Source of the DNA: Candidatus Borrarchaeum weybense
GTDB lineage: Archaea > Asgardarchaeota > Sifarchaeia > Borrarchaeales > Borrarchaeaceae
Direction: 5' to 3'
Assembly (NCBI GenBank): GCA_019057385.1
Contig: JAHQJS010000007.1
Location: 779,685-843,684, forward strand
Length of the DNA: 64,000 nucleotides
The position numbers and the translations under genes are program-made. Below are positions 59,795-64,000 of this stretch, one piece after another. How positions within the stretch are numbered: position 1 is the stretch's first letter; each line of letters opens with the position of its first letter. The notes under the pieces were generated by a model. The model had not been told where the DNA came from, made no database searches, and saw nothing but the letters and a program-made list of their open reading frames with translations.

Positions 59795-60457
59795 TCATCC
59801 TATAATCTTTAAGTTTTCCAATAGCCTCAAAGCTTTCTTCCCCATAAAGGGATCATATTTATCGAGCATTGCGAGCAATTCCACTTCTGATAGAATTCGT
59901 CCTCTTTCGATCACTTCTTCAAGCCACGCTTCAAGGAAAAACGGATGCTGGTGGGCATTAAAAACATCAACGATATGATCTTTAGTGGCACGAAACCATC
60001 CTTTTGAAATAGTAAGTGATATGGGATCTAATGAATAATCACCTAACTCTTCACCATAATGCGCAAGTCGATACACGTCCCTTATTTTTGTCAATTCAAG
60101 CACTTTATCTACAGGAATACAAAATGGATCGAATGCTACGAATGTTGAGGGCGTTCTTTCCCAGTTTATGGTATGCTCTAGAAGCTTCCCTCGGATTAAA
60201 GAAAGTGGTTGCGGAGAAATTTTAAACACAAAAACTGCACGAAGAGGTCTTGAGTATTCACTGGAATAGATTTCACTTAGCGCTTCTGGCAACTTGTTGG
60301 TAAATCCAGCATAACAATCACGGGTTGAGAGTCGAGCTTTTGATTCATAAATCTCTCTAAAAGGCACTCTATATTTTCTTAGAGAAATAACAACTTGATT
60401 ATATGAACTTGGGTCTTCTTCCAGTTGACCAAAGTGAAAGCCTTCAATTTGTGCCAT
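59795..60457 (-). CDS. Unknown ~220-aa family, copy 4
   Basis: Full-length colinear paralog of 56279-56941. Confidence 0.8.
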   Translation of the reverse strand: MAQIEGFHFGQLEEDPSSYNQVVISLRKYRVPFREIYESKARLSTRDCYAGFTNKLPEALSEIYSSEYSRPLRAVFVFKISPQPLSLIRGKLLEHTINWERTPSTFVAFDPFCIPVDKVLELTKIRDVYRLAHYGEELGDYSLDPISLTISKGWFRATKDHIVDVFNAHQHPFFLEAWLEEVIERGRILSEVELLAMLDKYDPFMGKKALRLLENLKIIG

Positions 60458-60595
60458 AGGAGGCCATCTCTAATTTTACATATAATATATTGCTCACTAT
60501 AATAAGATTATCTAACTCGAAGTAATCAAGATAACTATCACTTCGAAAGAGATCTAGAAAAAGAACTTAAGAAAATTTATTTATGCTATACAATC

Positions 60596-61081
60596 TTAAT
60601 TTAAGATAAATATTGCATAATTCAAGGCCATCGCAAGACTTACCCAAGCAATATAAGGAATAAGCAATAGTCCTGGCGTCAGAGAAATCCTGAAGAAACT
60701 TATAATTGTCAGCAATATAGTTATCCAAAGTATTATGATTATGATGAGCGCAGCAAAGAGCTCCTTAAGTCCGAAGAATACTGGTGTCCATAATCCATTG
60801 AGAAACAACTGAAGCGCAAAGAAGATAAGTCCTACTTTTATTTTTTGTTCATCCAAACCCCTGCGCCACACAAGGAATGCTGATATCCCCATTAACGTAT
60901 AGAGAATCGTCCAAACTGGCCCAAACAGCCAATTGGGTGGTGTGAAAAAAGGCTTATTCAGAGTTGTATACCAGGTTGGAATTGCATCCATCGTAAAAAT
61001 CGTACCAATAAGACCTGATGCCTGACAAATGAAAATGCTTATTATTAAATTGCGAACATCAACTAAAGTGATTTTTTCCAT
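60596..61081 (-). CDS. tspO: TspO/MBR family membrane protein
   Basis: WYTTLNKPFFTPPNWLFGPVWTILY, LNGLWTPVFF, PYIAWVS. Confidence 0.93.
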   Translation of the reverse strand: MEKITLVDVRNLIISIFICQASGLIGTIFTMDAIPTWYTTLNKPFFTPPNWLFGPVWTILYTLMGISAFLVWRRGLDEQKIKVGLIFFALQLFLNGLWTPVFFGLKELFAALIIIIILWITILLTIISFFRISLTPGLLLIPYIAWVSLAMALNYAIFILN

Positions 61082-61248
61082 ATCAATCAACCCTAATGGC
61101 AAATATCCAATAGCAGACAAAAATCTTGGTTATCTTATAATCTTAAAATACTTCATTAATTAATTTGACGAATAGAGCAAATTTTAATTAAAGTGCTCCG
61201 GAGAGTGCCGTAAAAGCGGATATAGAAACATCAATGGAAGTCTAACAA

Positions 61249-61905
61249 TTGAATGTCTTTGTTTCTTGGAGCGGTGGTAAAGAAAGTAGCCTAGCCTTGT
61301 ATAAGGCGTTAAAAGAAGGTCTCAAGGTTGGATATCTATTCACTATGCTCAACGAAGACGGTTTACGATCTAGAGGACATGGCTTAAGAAAAGAAGTTAT
61401 TGAAGCACAAGCTAAGGCTATCCAAATTCCAATAATCTATGGAAAGGCTACCTGGGACTCGTATGAAGATGAATTTAAGAGGGTAATTAGGGATCTGAAG
61501 AACAGAGGAATCGAAGGTGGAGTATTTGGAGACCTAGACTTTCAAGAAAACAGAGACTGGGTTGAGAAGGTTTGTAGCGAAGTTGGGCTCCAAGTATATG
61601 AACCATTATGGAAGCAAAAATACGAAATAGTGCTTGCTGAGTTCATGGATAGGGGGTTTGAAGCTATAATTGTCAGCGCTAAATCCGATCTCATAGATTC
61701 CAACTGGATAGGACATCCCCTTAATTGGGATTTTATAGAGTTCCTCAGAAGGCGAAAAATCGATCTGTGTGGCGAAAATGGGGAATATCACACACTCGTA
61801 ACTAACGGTCCAATATTTAAGCGACATTTGAAGATACTTGAAAGCCGAGAATTGGAAAAAACTGATCGATGGCTTCTTGATATATTGAAAAGTGACATAA
61901 TTTAG
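61249..61905 (+). CDS. Diphthine--ammonia ligase-like ATP pyrophosphatase (DUF71)
   Basis: SWSGGKES, VFGD, EPLW, CGENGEYHT.V..GP.F. Confidence 0.88.
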   Translation: MNVFVSWSGGKESSLALYKALKEGLKVGYLFTMLNEDGLRSRGHGLRKEVIEAQAKAIQIPIIYGKATWDSYEDEFKRVIRDLKNRGIEGGVFGDLDFQENRDWVEKVCSEVGLQVYEPLWKQKYEIVLAEFMDRGFEAIIVSAKSDLIDSNWIGHPLNWDFIEFLRRRKIDLCGENGEYHTLVTNGPIFKRHLKILESRELEKTDRWLLDILKSDII

Positions 61906-61906
61906 A

Positions 61907-63022
61907 TTATTTGACTGATTCTAATATTAATTCGGCGATATCCATGACCTTAATTTCATCTTCCTTATCCAATGTTTTAACGGCAGCATCGAGAGTAACA
62001 ACGCAAAACGGACATGAGGTCACTAACAGTTCTGCTCCTACGTCAATGGCATTCTCAACTCTCTTTTCGGCATTATTTGGTCCTGAAACATCGAACCACA
62101 TTCTACCACCGCCTCCCTCACAGCATAAACTCTGATTTTTGATTCTATCTAACTCAATAAATTCTATTCCTGGAATATTTTCAATTATTTGCCTTGGTTC
62201 ATCAAAAATTCCGTTATGTTTACCAAGAAAGCAAGGATCATGATATGTGGCTGTTTTTTCGATTCTTTTTGAAAAAGTTAGTTTTCCATTATTGATTAAC
62301 TCTGCAAGTAGTTGTGAATGATGTTGGACCTTCAAATCTAACTCATATTTGTTCTTAAACACATTATATCCATGTGGACAGGAAACCAGTATGCTCTTTA
62401 CGTCATATTTTTCAAATAACTCGGTATTATCCTCAATAAGTAGTTCGAATAATCCCTGTTCACCCAAACCGAGAATTTCATTACCACAACAATTCTCGTC
62501 TTTATCCAAAACTCCAAAATCAACTTCTGTTGTATTTAAACACATTATTAACGCCTTAGCGATGTCTTGTGCGCGTGTATCATAAGCTGTAGTACATCCA
62601 ATAAAATAGAGTATATCGGCGCCTTCTGAAATGTGTTTTAAATTGAAAGCAGTCGCCCATTCCATTCTGCTTGCTCTACTTTGATTCCATGGGTTGCCAT
62701 GCTTAAAAACACTTTCCAAGGCATCTTTAAGTGTTGCTGGGACTATACCTTCCTCAACCAAGGTGCTGCGTATATCGATTATCATATCAAGCGGACTTAA
62801 CTGCTTAGGACACCGAAGTTCACATGTCGAACATGTAGTACAACTCCATATTTGATCTTCAGGCGGTATTTTAAGTCTTTTAAAGACGGCAATTTCTCGT
62901 AGGATATTTCGCACGTTCAAATAAGATCTTGTGGCTACTGGGCATGAACCTGTGCATACCCCACACTGAATGCATTCGTTCAGCAGTAGTTTTTTATTGA
63001 ATTCTTGGGCGATATTTTCCAT
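61907..63022 (-). CDS. Fe-S oxidoreductase with CCG domains (HdrD-like)
   Basis: CIQCGVCTGSCP, CTTCSTC..CP, CCG, YHDPCFLG, CCEGGGG, CPFC. Confidence 0.9.
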   Translation of the reverse strand: MENIAQEFNKKLLLNECIQCGVCTGSCPVATRSYLNVRNILREIAVFKRLKIPPEDQIWSCTTCSTCELRCPKQLSPLDMIIDIRSTLVEEGIVPATLKDALESVFKHGNPWNQSRASRMEWATAFNLKHISEGADILYFIGCTTAYDTRAQDIAKALIMCLNTTEVDFGVLDKDENCCGNEILGLGEQGLFELLIEDNTELFEKYDVKSILVSCPHGYNVFKNKYELDLKVQHHSQLLAELINNGKLTFSKRIEKTATYHDPCFLGKHNGIFDEPRQIIENIPGIEFIELDRIKNQSLCCEGGGGRMWFDVSGPNNAEKRVENAIDVGAELLVTSCPFCVVTLDAAVKTLDKEDEIKVMDIAELILESVK

Positions 63023-63037
63023 GTACTCATCACTGTT

Positions 63038-63217
63038 CTACGACATTGTTATTACTTCAAGATACAATATAATGGTCTCTTTTATTCGTTCAATAAGCAT
63101 ACTCAACATTTTTGCTTGTGTATGACAGCCTGAGAGTTCCATAACACATGCAACATAATATTCGTCTTCATCTTTTTCAATTTTCAGTGCATATTGCTTC
63201 TGCTTAGAATACCACAT
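63038..63217 (-). CDS. HicB-like antitoxin, probably degenerate and without a partner toxin
   Basis: YALKIEKDEDEYYVACVMELSGCHTQA...IERIKETIILYLE; conserved P/G positions altered; no hicA seen. Confidence 0.6.
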   Translation of the reverse strand: MWYSKQKQYALKIEKDEDEYYVACVMELSGCHTQAKMLSMLIERIKETIILYLEVITMS

Positions 63218-63356
63218 GGATATCTCCAAGTTATTCACAATAAAAAGATATGTTTTAGAGATCGATTGCTCTTTTGAAGATAACATAATTTAAATTCTTT
63301 TCTAATCGGCTCCTAAGCAGTGTGAATGCACCTTCATCTGCATTTTCGATATTATT

Positions 63357-63404
63357 GTGAACTACCTCATACTAAAGCTGTGGTGCTTTCTTGCTTAGCT
63401 ACTA
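63357..63404 (-). mobile_element. 48-bp IS200/IS605 mini-element, copy B
   Basis: Reverse complement matches 34468-34515 at 46/48; also 3' of TTTAC. Confidence 0.85.
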
Positions 63405-63500
63405 GTAAAAGAGTAGTATTTTTTGTGTTTGAGTACGAAAAAAGCATGTAACACAAGGTTTATTAAGAACAAACAGGCAATTCAACGTTTGGTGAAATTT

Positions 63501-63668
63501 ATGCCCTTAATTGAAATTTCAGGTTACGGGTTCTCTGCAGAACAAAAAAGAAATATTTCACGGGAAGTTGTTGACGTTATTTCCAAAATATCAGGCAAAG
63601 ATAAGAAGCTTTTCGTTGTTGTATTTAGAGATATTAAAAGTGAAGACTGGGCGATGGCAGGAGAATAG
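63501..63668 (+). CDS. 4-oxalocrotonate tautomerase family protein
   Basis: M-P start (catalytic Pro1), SAEQKR.I...V, W..AG. Confidence 0.85.
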   Translation: MPLIEISGYGFSAEQKRNISREVVDVISKISGKDKKLFVVVFRDIKSEDWAMAGE

Positions 63669-63684
63669 TCCGTCAAATAGTTAT

Positions 63685-63729
63685 AATTTCTCCGCAGGAA
63701 GCTCCAACCGTAAGGGTGGGGTAGTTCAC
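63685..63729 (+). mobile_element. IS200/IS605 mini-element / right-end remnant
   Basis: CGCAGGAAGCTCCAACCGTAAGGGTGGGGTAGTTCAC closely matches the right end of element 1. Confidence 0.7.
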
Positions 63730-63775
63730 GTATGAGTTTTAAAAGTCTAAATTCGTAAAAAATGGAAGTGTGAAT

Positions 63776-64000
63776 ATGGATCTGACAGTTACATATTTTG
63801 AACAAACAGGAAAGTTAAACACTGAAAATGTACTGAATATCGCCAAAAAGCACGCGAAAAAATTCAACATAAAAAATATCATAATTGCCTCAACAACTGG
63901 TTACACTGGGCTTAAAGCAACCGAATTCTTTGATTCAGCAGATTATAATCTTGTAGTAGTCTCACATTCTGCAGGATTTAAAGAACGTGGTTTCCAAGAA
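63776..64000 (+). CDS. Pyruvate kinase C-terminal-like domain protein (COG1751), runs off window
   Basis: MDLTVTYFEQTGKLNTENVL...IIIASTTGYTG...VVVSHSAGF. Confidence 0.82.
   Translation, partial: MDLTVTYFEQTGKLNTENVLNIAKKHAKKFNIKNIIIASTTGYTGLKATEFFDSADYNLVVVSHSAGFKERGFQE

Noticed and set aside
1-64000. CRISPR array, tRNA, rRNA, tnpA or integrase
   Set aside because: No regularly spaced repeats, cloverleaf or rRNA-like segments, HUH-Y1 transposase or tyrosine recombinase ORF were recognised by eye.

Overview
Low-GC archaeal chromosomal window. The proteasome alpha subunit, archaeal-type ThrRS, LysX/ArgX, HdrA-MvhD, roadblock and HEAT proteins point to an anaerobic heterotroph, plausibly Asgard or a related lineage (inference). 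Most genes serve peptide, amino-acid and fatty-acid catabolism and redox: AOR, Fe-ADH/HOT pair, PEPCK, PorAB, GlcD/GlcF-like pairs, HdrA-MvhD, EtfAB and two acyl-CoA dehydrogenases. There is also znuABC and many tandem paralog pairs. The best candidate for a new system is an unannotated 31-aa leader ORF (11596-11691, minus strand) ending in seven consecutive CGA (Arg) codons. It is followed by mutually exclusive RNA pairings directly upstream of an ArgX-like ligase, which looks like ribosome-mediated arginine attenuation in an archaeon. The window also holds an IS200/IS605 family: three tnpB-only elements (two with a single in-frame TAA, two with a rearranged RuvC-II), a 206-bp ORF-less element with a TATA-like motif and omegaRNA-like scaffold, and 48-bp mini-elements. 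Several insertion sites and TAMs can be reconstructed exactly. An AT-rich island carries two ExeA/Orc-like AAA+-wHTH paralogs behind phased TTCGAA repeats, and there is a four-copy array of an unknown ~220-aa protein family. No rRNA, tRNA or CRISPR array was seen.
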